Positions 42,456 to 51,065 of a stretch of 64,000 bases of DNA are shown here, one piece after another; positions within the stretch are counted from its first letter, which is position 1; each line of letters starts with the position of its first letter. The translations under genes and the position numbers were made by a program. The stretch is from contig CAZQEI010000005.1 in the NCBI GenBank assembly GCA_964592195.1, positions 5,689 to 69,688 on the forward strand, in the 5' to 3' direction. The stretch comes from an uncultured Gammaproteobacteria bacterium. Lineage in GTDB: Bacteria > Patescibacteriota > Patescibacteriia > UBA11705. The notes below the pieces were generated by a model. It saw only the letters and a list, made by a program, of their open reading frames with translations, did not search any database and was not told the origin of the DNA.

Positions 42456-43361
42456 TTATTTAGACCATCGAATTATACATCCATTATCAATAAATGCTCT
42501 CTCACCATCAAAAAAAGAATTATAATCATACACCAATATACTTCCATCATTCTCTATATCGACCAAAGCGGTAAAATCCCCTTCTTTTCTATCATAAGCT
42601 AATGAGGTTAAAATACCCGGGATATTTTCTTTACCTCTCAAAACATAATAATAAAGGAGATCAACGACAGATAAACAAAACTCTGGTAAAACATTTTCCG
42701 TCTGAGGGCTAAATCGTTCTTTGAAATGGGCGGTAGCAAATTCCCAAATTTTCGATGACCTATCCAAGGTCGTGCATTTTTTTGTACCGGGAACAATATC
42801 CTTGCTGATTAACACCCATCCACTTAGCATACTGGACGAATCTTGAACTCTTTTACTAATATCATCCCACTTTTCATTTCCCCAACGTAAATTTATCCCA
42901 ATTTCATGCGCCTTCTCACATAATTCTTTCAAATTTGGATAGCTAACATCTTCGCCTCCTACATTAATTTTATTAGGTCGAAAAACTAAGCACATGCCAG
43001 CTGATTCTGCTCTTTTTAATTCTTCCACTGAATATGGAATATCTAAGACCTCTTGTGGCCAAGGTGATTTCCATCTTTCGACAAACTCCTGTGGGCCTAA
43101 CACATTTTCCTTCCCCAAAATTTCTCTAGCCTGTTTCAATTGACGTTTAAGATTTTTAGATAATTGATCTTCTGAATCAACCACTTCATTAGGAGTAAAC
43201 GCTTCTAATTTATTTTTAATTAATCGAATCTCATCTGCCGTCAATGGTTTACCATTCTTCGCTTTCATTATGTCATGCAACTCAGACATCAAACCAGCGT
43301 AGGAAATTTCTTCCTCGCCTTTGGATAAAGTTAAATCTAATTGTGGTTCTCCTCCCACCAT
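42456..43361 (-). CDS. N-module family protein A5 (type-A, most divergent)
   Basis: MVGGEPQLDLTLSKGEEEISYAGLMSELHDIMKAKNGKPLTADEIRLIKNKLEA, then MCLVFRP, GWVLISKDIV and a C-terminal GCIIRWSK. Confidence 0.5.
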   Translation of the reverse strand: MVGGEPQLDLTLSKGEEEISYAGLMSELHDIMKAKNGKPLTADEIRLIKNKLEAFTPNEVVDSEDQLSKNLKRQLKQAREILGKENVLGPQEFVERWKSPWPQEVLDIPYSVEELKRAESAGMCLVFRPNKINVGGEDVSYPNLKELCEKAHEIGINLRWGNEKWDDISKRVQDSSSMLSGWVLISKDIVPGTKKCTTLDRSSKIWEFATAHFKERFSPQTENVLPEFCLSVVDLLYYYVLRGKENIPGILTSLAYDRKEGDFTALVDIENDGSILVYDYNSFFDGERAFIDNGCIIRWSK

Positions 43362-43409
43362 TATATTATTTAGGAAACACCAAAAATATTTTTCAATGCT
43401 TCCTTAAGT

Positions 43410-44930
43410 TTAAGTTTTCTGTTCTGTTTCCTTGCGATTGAACAAACCTTCGCCTTTGTCTAAAACAGTTTCCGCTTTTAAACCGCCAATCACGCGTAAT
43501 TCCGCTAAAGTTTTAACTTTGTCATCAATAACACCCAGCTTTTGCCAAATCTTTTCCGCAGTTTCCGGCATATAAGGCATCATGGCGTAGGATAAGTGAC
43601 GAATGATTTCGAGTAAATTATAAATCACGGAATTTAATTTCGGATCATTCACCTTCGCCAATTCCCACGGTTTAATAGTGGCAATATAATTATCGCACCA
43701 ACGTGTGGCAATAATCACTGATTGCAAAGCTTCGTAAATACGATAATTTTCAAAATGACCATTATATTCTTCCCAAAATTTGTTTAAATCAAACTCGGCA
43801 TCAAAGGTGGCAGTCGGAACTTTGGAATCAAAATATTTTTCCGCCATACCAATAACCCGACTGACCAAGTTACCCACACCGTTGGCCAAATCAGCATTAT
43901 ATTTCGTAATGAATTCTTCTTTTTTAATATCACCATCATTACCAAAAGGATATTGGCACAAAATTAAATAACGCGCCGCATCACTGGCAAAATCATCAAC
44001 CAGTTGATTAGGATCAATTATATTACCAATACTTTTACTCATCTTTTGACCGTCAATGGTAAAGAAACCGTGAATAAACAAACCTTTCGGCACAGGTAAA
44101 TCTAACGATAATAACATCGCCGGCCAAATAGTGGCATGCACGCGTAAGATATCTTTACTCATTAATTCCACAGTCGCTGGCCAAAACTCCGGACAGGGAT
44201 CTTGCGGACCATTCCAACCGAGTACGGTTAAATAATTCAAAAACGCATCACTCCACACATAGGCAGTATGCTTTTCATCCCAAGGCAGAGGAATTCCCCA
44301 CTTCACATTCACGCGAGAAAAAGACACATCATTCAAACCTTCATTTTTATAAAACTGCAACATCTCATTGCGACGTTCTTCCGGTTGAATCACAAATTCA
44401 TTGCTTTCAATTTTTTTCAAAAGTTCATCCGCATACTTGGACATTTTGAACATGTAAGTTTCCTCTTCCATTTTTTCCGGAGCTTTCTTATGATCTGGGC
44501 AAAGTCCATCGACTAAATCTTTTTCACTCTTGTATTGTTCACAACCTCGGCAATAATAGCCGGTATATTTACCCAAATAAATATCACCCTTATCATACAT
44601 GTATTGCAAAGCTTTTTGCACGGCTAACATGTGGGCAGGATTTGAGGTACGAATAAATTTGTCATTAGAAACATTCAAGCGATCCCAAGCAAATTCAAAA
44701 GTGGCCGCCACTTCATCCACAAAGGCTTGAGGATCTTTGTTTTTTTCAATGGCAATGGCTTCAATCTTGGCGCCATGTTCATCTGTACCGGTAGCGAAAA
44801 AAGTTTTCTCTCCAAGCATGCGATGATAACGAGCCAAAACATCCGCGGCTACGGTCGTATAAGCATGACCAATGTGCGGCGCGGCATTTACATAATAAAT
44901 CGGGGTGGTGATGTAGAACTTTTTGTCCAT
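43410..44930 (-). CDS. metG: methionyl-tRNA synthetase
   Basis: HIGH-type motif APHIGHAYTTV, KMSKS motif QKMSKSIGN, and a CxxC zinc knuckle. Confidence 0.95.
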   Translation of the reverse strand: MDKKFYITTPIYYVNAAPHIGHAYTTVAADVLARYHRMLGEKTFFATGTDEHGAKIEAIAIEKNKDPQAFVDEVAATFEFAWDRLNVSNDKFIRTSNPAHMLAVQKALQYMYDKGDIYLGKYTGYYCRGCEQYKSEKDLVDGLCPDHKKAPEKMEEETYMFKMSKYADELLKKIESNEFVIQPEERRNEMLQFYKNEGLNDVSFSRVNVKWGIPLPWDEKHTAYVWSDAFLNYLTVLGWNGPQDPCPEFWPATVELMSKDILRVHATIWPAMLLSLDLPVPKGLFIHGFFTIDGQKMSKSIGNIIDPNQLVDDFASDAARYLILCQYPFGNDGDIKKEEFITKYNADLANGVGNLVSRVIGMAEKYFDSKVPTATFDAEFDLNKFWEEYNGHFENYRIYEALQSVIIATRWCDNYIATIKPWELAKVNDPKLNSVIYNLLEIIRHLSYAMMPYMPETAEKIWQKLGVIDDKVKTLAELRVIGGLKAETVLDKGEGLFNRKETEQKT

Positions 44931-44969
44931 AAAATTAATATTAACAAATATAATTAATTAGGTCTTTTC

Positions 44970-45090
44970 TACCAATAACGAATCAGCTACGAATCTACGT
45001 ATCGAAATATTTCTACATTTCATGAGCTTACATATTCGTAGTTTCCTGCCTGCCGGCAGGCAGGCGTAGCAAATTTGCCATACGTAGAAA
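44970..45090. repeat. Composite GTAG-rich intergenic repeat family R2, copy iii (inverted orientation) with the 20-bp palindrome in the central hairpin slot
   Basis: ctaccaataacgaatcagctacgaatctacgta ... cctgcctgccggcaggcagg (45045-45064) ... gcgtagcaaatttgccatacgtagaaac. Confidence 0.6.
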
Positions 45091-45750
45091 CTATTTGCCA
45101 TGGATAATAACAACGAACTCGCCTTTACTTTGCTTTTCCAGTTCCGGAATGATAGTTTCTAACGTACCGCGATAGGTAGTTTCAAATTTTTTCGTTAACT
45201 CACGACAGACAACGATTTGACGAGTCGGTTCTAAATATTTTTGCATTTCTGTTAAAGTTTTAATAATGCGATGGGTGGACTCATAGAAACAGGTGGTGCA
45301 ATCAGAATCGCGAATGGTTTCAAAGTTTTTTGTTTTGCCCTTGTGGGGCATGAAACCTAAAAATAAAAATCTGTCTGTTGGAAAACCGGAAATACTCAAA
45401 GCGGAAATCACTGCGCAAGCGCCGGGAATGGTTATTACCTGCCAACCTAATTTCACTGCAGACTCAACCACGCGACCACCGGGATCGGAAATACCTGGAG
45501 TGCCGGCATCGGAGACATAAGCAACATTAGAATACAAATCTAATAACTGCTCAATATTCTCAATCTCAGTATGTTGATGAATGGTCACCAACTTATTTTT
45601 AAACTCAAAATGCGCCAAAAGCTTAGAAGTTTGGCGGGTATCTTCGCAAAAAATCACCTCCACGGATTTTAAGGTTTCCAATGCGCGAGGGGTTAAATCG
45701 CCAAGGTTACCAATAGGTGTGGCGACGATGAATAATTGTTTTTCGGTCAT
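45091..45750 (-). CDS. rsmI: 16S rRNA (cytidine1402-2'-O)-methyltransferase
   Basis: LFIVATPIGNLGDLTPRALETLKSVEVIFCEDTR tetrapyrrole-methylase-fold signature. The likely start MTEKQ is at 45748-45750. Confidence 0.85.
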   Translation of the reverse strand: MTEKQLFIVATPIGNLGDLTPRALETLKSVEVIFCEDTRQTSKLLAHFEFKNKLVTIHQHTEIENIEQLLDLYSNVAYVSDAGTPGISDPGGRVVESAVKLGWQVITIPGACAVISALSISGFPTDRFLFLGFMPHKGKTKNFETIRDSDCTTCFYESTHRIIKTLTEMQKYLEPTRQIVVCRELTKKFETTYRGTLETIIPELEKQSKGEFVVIIHGK

Positions 45751-45916
45751 ATGGATGTCTACCCTTCGAGGCTCCTGTTTCACAGGAGGCACCTCAGGGT
45801 GACATTTAAAGTATATTTTAATGTTGTAATTATATCAAATGTATAAAATATAAGCAATTTTCAGCTAATTTTCGTGTTTTTTGATCAATGATCAATGGTC
45901 AATGTTACATGACCAC

Positions 45917-45945
45917 TTGACAAACTTTAAACTATGTGCTATAAT
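45917..45945 (+). promoter_or_regulatory. Consensus sigma70-type promoter TTGACA-17-TATAAT
   Basis: ttgaca (45917-45922), a 17-nt spacer, tataat (45940-45945). It lies directly upstream of the GC-rich non-coding island on the plus strand. Confidence 0.6.
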
Positions 45946-45951
45946 GCTTAG

Positions 45952-47508
45952 TTACATGATCGTTTACAATCAATAGCTCTCGTAGAGTCTTTTGACTCCG
46001 AGATGTCTATAACCAACTCCAAGCCCCCACCGAACTATGCACATTGGAGGTGCCGCAGGAATGCGATCGGGGGCAGATGCAGGGTGGACATGCCAAAGTA
46101 TAGGCTCGTAACAAAAACCGCGAGGAGAGAAGCGGTTTGAGCTGAAGCTGTGGACAACCCCACCCTAATTCGTCAAAACTCTCGCTCGAGCCACAAGGTT
46201 CGCGAGATAATTGACTGCTCCTCGTCAGATGAGCCGCAACCAACGGGACTCATGGCGAGGCACGCGCACGTATCTTGGTATGGAGTAAGCACCGCGGTTG
46301 ACCCTGCTGGTAACAGGGTGGTATATAACCGGCGGAAGCGCTACATAGTACAAGAGGTGCGGTGAAATCGAGCCCGATTCGTCGGGATTTCGATACGAGC
46401 TCCTGGAGCCCCCACCCAACAACACACCTGGAGGTGGCGCGTAATGCGTTTGGGGGCAGACAGCGGGTGAGACAGACTTGTCTCGACCAATTGACTACTC
46501 AAAGAAGTGAAAGATCCTCGACGAGAAAGTCTCACCCAAAGTCGTCGATTTCTCTACCGCAAGGTGGAGATCGAAGATACGCTGACTCGGACGATCGCGG
46601 TCCTGTGGCCCTCCCGCCCCTCTGCTGGTGGCAGAGATGGACAATCGTTCGAGCGTACCCCGGCCCTAAGCTCGGCTAACCCTGCGCCTCGCGGTGCACG
46701 GTCAAGCAGCTTCCGTGGCAGTCCTCACGAGGCTCGTTCGGTCGCTCGCTGGAGTCCTCTTCAGGATAAACCAGCCCGCCGCGACTGCGCCCCAGACTTC
46801 CGTCTGTCGGGGCTTACGCCTGTGGGGTTCGCACGCCACGCGAGGTGTCCGGGGATGCGAAGTTGATCGTTCTGCGAAAGTGGAACGTCGACATAGATCA
46901 CCACGCAACTCTCCCAGCAAATCCAGGGAGACTACCCGCCTTGAGTCTTTTGGGCCACGTGTGGACGAGTTAAATCGTCCTGTACAAGCCTCAGTTCGAA
47001 ACTGGCTCTAAGGCGGGCACGAAATTGACCACTCTTCGGAGTGTGTTGATACAGATCATCCGAGGGCTCGCAGCTCACACCCACTCGATGTGGGAGTCAG
47101 CTCTGAGCTCGTCAACGTGAGCACCAACGTCACTGGCGGTTCTTATCCGTCCAGAATCTGGTCAGCCTGAAGTACAAGGGCTGGTTGGAGGAGGGGTTCA
47201 CGGTGATGTCCATGGTGTCCGAACAATCGGACTGACCATATCAGAACGCCACCCATCGTCGCATGCGCAACGATTCATCGAACTCGGACATCCGAGACAC
47301 AGCATGACGCGACGATCGGGCGTTGATCCCCAGTTCACATCTGGTTCAGGCCGCAAACAAAAGCGACTGACCGATAAGCTGGGGACACGAATTCAGCCTT
47401 TGCTGATGGACAAGATGACTTCGGTCGTCGCGTTCTCGCAAAGTGTTGATAGATCTCAAGCTCCGACGTTGAACACCTCACGGTGAACAACGTCGGAGCA
47501 CTTTTTTT
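45952..47508 (+). ncRNA. Candidate large (about 1.55 kb) GC-rich structured non-coding RNA of unknown class, or a non-coding foreign insertion
   Basis: There is an abrupt shift to GC-rich sequence with no frame free of stops. The short ORFs are Arg/Pro/Ser-rich in all six frames. It is bounded by a consensus promoter and an intrinsic terminator, and carries an internal ~65-nt repeat (46024-46090 and 46409-46476). Confidence 0.45.
47461..47508 (+). terminator. Rho-independent terminator
   Basis: An 11-bp stem ctccgacgttg/caacgtcggag with an inner sub-hairpin cacc-tcac-ggtg, followed by cacTTTTTTTaTTT. Confidence 0.7.
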
Positions 47509-47619
47509 ATTTGGTAAGTTGGCCTGCCTGCGTAAGGCAGGTAATTGGTAAAAAAGTAAATTGGTACATGGAATATTAAAAAAACGAGCAAAATGCTCGA
47601 ATTTTTATTATTATTTTAT

Positions 47620-47663
47620 TAGAGATTGCCACGTCGTCCCGATTAATCGGGACTCCTCGCAAA
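47620..47663. repeat. Intergenic repeat family R1, copy d (core module only)
   Basis: agagattgccacgtcgtcccgattaatcgggactcctcgcaaa. Confidence 0.6.
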
Positions 47664-47674
47664 ATAGGGATTAA

Positions 47675-48166
47675 CTATTCCCCGACTTTCGTAACTTCCC
47701 ATCGTTCACCATTCCAGATATAACAATCATTTATTTTCTTAAAAAAATCTTGACATTGTCCATCACCTGAGCCGATCAAACCACCACTGGCATTACAAAG
47801 CTTTTGTCCATCATCTTTATAAACAATATCAGTGTAACAATCTTCACAATTTGGTTGTCCGCCAAGACTAAGATATACAGTTGCTCCGGAATAATTGCAA
47901 CGGAAGTCTGGAATTAAATAATTCTCCACAGTTGAATCAGCTTGCATGATTTTCAACCAATCTGGTAAAGCATTATTATTGACAGCTGTTTCGTTTCCAT
48001 TCACGGACGAAGAACCTCCGCTAGTTAAATCAGTGATTGATTTTTTCAAAGCTTCCACTTCCGCTTTTTTTTGTTTGGCTTGATTCACCAAATCCTCACC
48101 TTTTTGCCAATCCGAGTTGGCCTCATTCTTATATTTATCAACTTCAGTTGTAATATTATTCCACAA
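47675..48166 (-). CDS. hypothetical Cys-rich protein (163 aa)
   Basis: 8 Cys in the C-terminal half (CNYSG...CEDC...CNASG...CQDFFKKINDC). It may be the C-terminal part of a gene split from 48212-48397. Confidence 0.3.
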   Translation of the reverse strand: MWNNITTEVDKYKNEANSDWQKGEDLVNQAKQKKAEVEALKKSITDLTSGGSSSVNGNETAVNNNALPDWLKIMQADSTVENYLIPDFRCNYSGATVYLSLGGQPNCEDCYTDIVYKDDGQKLCNASGGLIGSGDGQCQDFFKKINDCYIWNGERWEVTKVGE

Positions 48167-48211
48167 GCCGCCTATCTTTCCCCAATCGCCGGCAAACTGT
48201 CCATTGATATT

Positions 48212-48397
48212 TTAGAAAAAGAAAAACGCGAAAAACACTATGACGCAAAAAAACAACAGACCAAAACCAAATTTTTTAGATTTATGGCGGTAAGAATTAT
48301 TTTCTTCCTCGAAAGACTCATCATCCTCCACCGAACGATTAAAACGTCGATGTTGTTCCAAAGTGTCACGATATTGTCGTTCTTCTTCTGAAAGCAT
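48212..48397 (-). CDS. small protein with a C-terminal hydrophobic segment (61 aa). It may be the N-terminal fragment of a split gene
   Basis: It ends in FGFGLLFFCVIVFFAFFFF immediately before a stop. The next ORF continues 46 nt downstream. Confidence 0.25.
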   Translation of the reverse strand: MLSEEERQYRDTLEQHRRFNRSVEDDESFEEENNSYRHKSKKFGFGLLFFCVIVFFAFFFF

Positions 48398-48398
48398 A

Positions 48399-48974
48399 TT
48401 ATCTATTTTTTAAATTAATTTCATACATCATCTGTTCAATGCGTTGTAAATTCTTCTTGGCTTGATCAAACTTGGTTCTCAATAAACCGGTCAAATTGTA
48501 AGCCAACAAATCTTCAATCACATCACCAATTTCTGTGGCAATAATTTGCACTTGATCAAATTTTTGTTTAGTGGCAGACAAAACAGCGCGTCGCAACAAT
48601 TCTCCTGTGTAATCAGACAAACCACCCAAATATTCCTCCGGTTCAATTTTCACACCAGTAATTTCACCGACTGCTTCGCCTTTTACAAACATTAAAAATA
48701 ATTTGGCTTCTACATATTCCTCTCTTGCCGCTTGCCAAGCGCCTTCGTATCTCAACTTCGCATCACCGGAAAACTTATTTTCCAATTCTCCAAAAATCTT
48801 TTCACTTTCACTTAACTTACCTTCAGCTTCTTCAACGTTATCACGATGTAAACCAAAGATGGCTTGTTTGGCTAAATGGAGGGCAATATTGGATTGTCCA
48901 ATAATTACTCGGCGCGCTTTGTCATACTGAGCCTGCGATTCATTGATCTGTTTCCAGAATTCACGATTTAACAT
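48399..48974 (-). CDS. translin-family-like protein (tentative)
   Basis: A 191 aa all-helical protein. EEYVEAKLF and LGGLSDYTGELLRRAV resemble the translin EEY..A and GhADLTGELMR motifs. Confidence 0.35.
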   Translation of the reverse strand: MLNREFWKQINESQAQYDKARRVIIGQSNIALHLAKQAIFGLHRDNVEEAEGKLSESEKIFGELENKFSGDAKLRYEGAWQAAREEYVEAKLFLMFVKGEAVGEITGVKIEPEEYLGGLSDYTGELLRRAVLSATKQKFDQVQIIATEIGDVIEDLLAYNLTGLLRTKFDQAKKNLQRIEQMMYEINLKNR

Positions 48975-48978
48975 AAAT

Positions 48979-49983
48979 TTACTTAAGATATTTATTACGA
49001 TTTAATATGTGCTCTTCATGGTTACGCGCAAAATAGACTTTGCCATCCGGCGCGGTTAAAAAGAAATAATAAGGTGTGGCTGTTTGATAAACCGTAGCTT
49101 TGATTGATTCATAACTGGGATTGCAAATCGGAGTTGGTGGTAAACCGGAATATTTGTAAGTATTATACGGATTAGCTAATTGGATATCATCAAGTGAAGA
49201 TCGAGTCTCCCCTTTTTGAGTGATGTAATTCACCGTCGCATCTGATTGCAAAGGATAATTGTCATTCAAACGTTTTTGAAAAATATTCGCCACCTTCTGC
49301 CGATTTTCATAACCGGAAACTTCTTTTTCCACAATACTTGCCAAAGTTAAAACATCATAAAAAGACTTCTTTTGTTTGCCAATTTCCAATCTTAATTCCT
49401 GATCAATTTTCTGATCAAAATTATTCAACATTTTAATCACCACATCATTTGGAGTTGAATCCGCATAAACCATGTAAGTATCAGGATAAAGGAAACCTTC
49501 AAGAGTTGCTTCTTTTGGCGCTGAACTTAAAAATTCATAATTGTAAGCGCGGATATCTGCCGTGGCAGTTAAAAAATCTTTGGCGGAAAACAAGCCTTGT
49601 TGTTCTAAATACACAGCAATGTCTTGTCGTCGCCAACCTTCGATAATAGTAATCTTCTTTTCCTCGCGCTTCCAAGCTTTGCGAGCAAATTCATCCACAA
49701 TTTCCTTCATGCTTAACCCGGTATTCAATTTGTATTCACCTGCTCTCAGTTTACTTTGCTGTTTCGTTAAATAAACATAGAGTTTGAACACGGTTGGTTT
49801 GGTTAAAAATCCTTCTTTCTTTAAATTGGCCCCAATCTGAGATACTGATTCGCCAGCTGTAATAACAAACTTCTTATCACCAAAAGGATTATTATTTGGC
49901 ATTTCCGCCAACCATAAAATCATGATATATCCGACGAATAATATTAGTGCGACAAATAGTAAACGTTTTATATTGGTTTTCAT
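48979..49983 (-). CDS. mltG: endolytic murein transglycosylase MltG/YceG family
   Basis: An N-terminal TM anchor and the NPYNTYKYSGLPPTPICNP signature. Confidence 0.85.
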   Translation of the reverse strand: MKTNIKRLLFVALILFVGYIMILWLAEMPNNNPFGDKKFVITAGESVSQIGANLKKEGFLTKPTVFKLYVYLTKQQSKLRAGEYKLNTGLSMKEIVDEFARKAWKREEKKITIIEGWRRQDIAVYLEQQGLFSAKDFLTATADIRAYNYEFLSSAPKEATLEGFLYPDTYMVYADSTPNDVVIKMLNNFDQKIDQELRLEIGKQKKSFYDVLTLASIVEKEVSGYENRQKVANIFQKRLNDNYPLQSDATVNYITQKGETRSSLDDIQLANPYNTYKYSGLPPTPICNPSYESIKATVYQTATPYYFFLTAPDGKVYFARNHEEHILNRNKYLK

Positions 49984-51059
49984 AATAAATGCTGAAACTT
50001 TGAATTTTTTATTTGTTCTACAATTTTTTTAATATCTTGCGCATTATCTCTGGAACACATCAACGTCGTTTCCTCAGTTTGCACGATAATCATATTTTTA
50101 ACGCCCACGGCGCAGATCGGTCGATTGGTATAGTTGTAAATTAAATTACCGTGACAATCAACTAAGAAATTCTCCCCTTTTAATAAATTCTCATCATCTT
50201 CTGATAAAACTTCTTTAATTGTTCGCCAATGACCAATATCTGCCCAACCAAAGTCTGCTGGAATAACTAACATATCTTTAAGTTTTTCCATTATACCATA
50301 ATCAATGGAAATGGCTTCAAATTCAGAATAAAGTTTTTTCACGGCTTCACGATCATGCCAAGTATTCAACATTTTATCCATTACCTCGTGATGGCGCGGT
50401 AAATGTTGTTCAAACAATTTTCTTAAATTTTCAACTTGCCAAACAAAAATAGCCGGATTCCACAAATATTCCCAACGAGTAATATAATCTTTGGCTAATT
50501 CCAATGAAGGTTTCTCAACAAACTTCTCAACTGCAAAAACATCGTCAAAATCACCTTTTTCATTTGCCAATCTTTCCACTTGTCCTGACATTTTAATATA
50601 ACCGTAACCTGTCTCGGGATATGTCGGTTTCAAACCGACTAAAATAGTTTTTGTGAGATTTTTTTCAATTAGACTTTCCGTTAACTTCAATATTCGTAAA
50701 TATTCTGCTTCATTTTTCACAAACGCGTCAGAGTTAATCGAGGCAAAACACGCATTGGGATCAATTTTTTGAAGATGAACACACGCAAAACCAATCGCCG
50801 CGGCAGTATCACGTTTTTCCGGTTCGAGAATTAAATGATCATCAGCAATATTGGGCAGTTGTTTTTTAATTAAATCATATTGACTCTGATTAGTAGAAAT
50901 AAAAATTTTATCAGCGTCAAATCCCCGATTCAATCGATTGTATGTCGCCTGCAACAAAGTTTCTTCACCGATGAACGGTAAAAGTTGCTTGGGCGAATTT
51001 TTGCGTGACACCGGCCACAAACGCGTACCACCACCACCGGCCAAAATTACAAGATACAT
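49980..51059 (-). CDS. mannose-1-phosphate guanylyltransferase-like NDP-sugar pyrophosphorylase
   Basis: LVILAGGGGTRLWPVSRKNSPKQLLP nucleotidyltransferase signature. Confidence 0.8.
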   Translation of the reverse strand: MYLVILAGGGGTRLWPVSRKNSPKQLLPFIGEETLLQATYNRLNRGFDADKIFISTNQSQYDLIKKQLPNIADDHLILEPEKRDTAAAIGFACVHLQKIDPNACFASINSDAFVKNEAEYLRILKLTESLIEKNLTKTILVGLKPTYPETGYGYIKMSGQVERLANEKGDFDDVFAVEKFVEKPSLELAKDYITRWEYLWNPAIFVWQVENLRKLFEQHLPRHHEVMDKMLNTWHDREAVKKLYSEFEAISIDYGIMEKLKDMLVIPADFGWADIGHWRTIKEVLSEDDENLLKGENFLVDCHGNLIYNYTNRPICAVGVKNMIIVQTEETTLMCSRDNAQDIKKIVEQIKNSKFQHLL

Positions 51060-51065
51060 GCGATT

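Noticed and set aside
38704-43361. Type-A domain as a papain-like/NlpC-P60 cysteine peptidase, based on the conserved MCLVYKP Cys
   Set aside because: The Cys is replaced by Ser in A1 and Phe in A4, and no conserved His/Asp partner could be identified by eye.
46007-47011. Overlapping 60-119 aa ORFs on both strands inside the GC island (46007-46243, 46362-46679, 46507-46866, 46694-47011 and others)
   Set aside because: All are Arg/Pro/Ser/Ala-rich with no motif and overlap each other in different frames. This is the expected by-product of GC-rich non-coding DNA.
45952-47508. The GC-rich 1.55 kb island as a 16S or 23S rRNA gene (16S-like length, strong promoter, higher GC than the genome)
   Set aside because: None of the universal blocks is present in the right place or order. 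The missing 16S blocks are GTGCCAGCMGCCGCGGTAA, AAACTCAAAGGAATTGACGG, the 1390 region and the 3' GGATCACCTCCTT. The missing 23S blocks are GGATGCCTTGGC, the GTPase-centre and the sarcin-ricin loop. Only short chance similarities exist, such as tcgtaacaa..aaccg near the 5' end and accgcgg..tgctgg in reverse sense.
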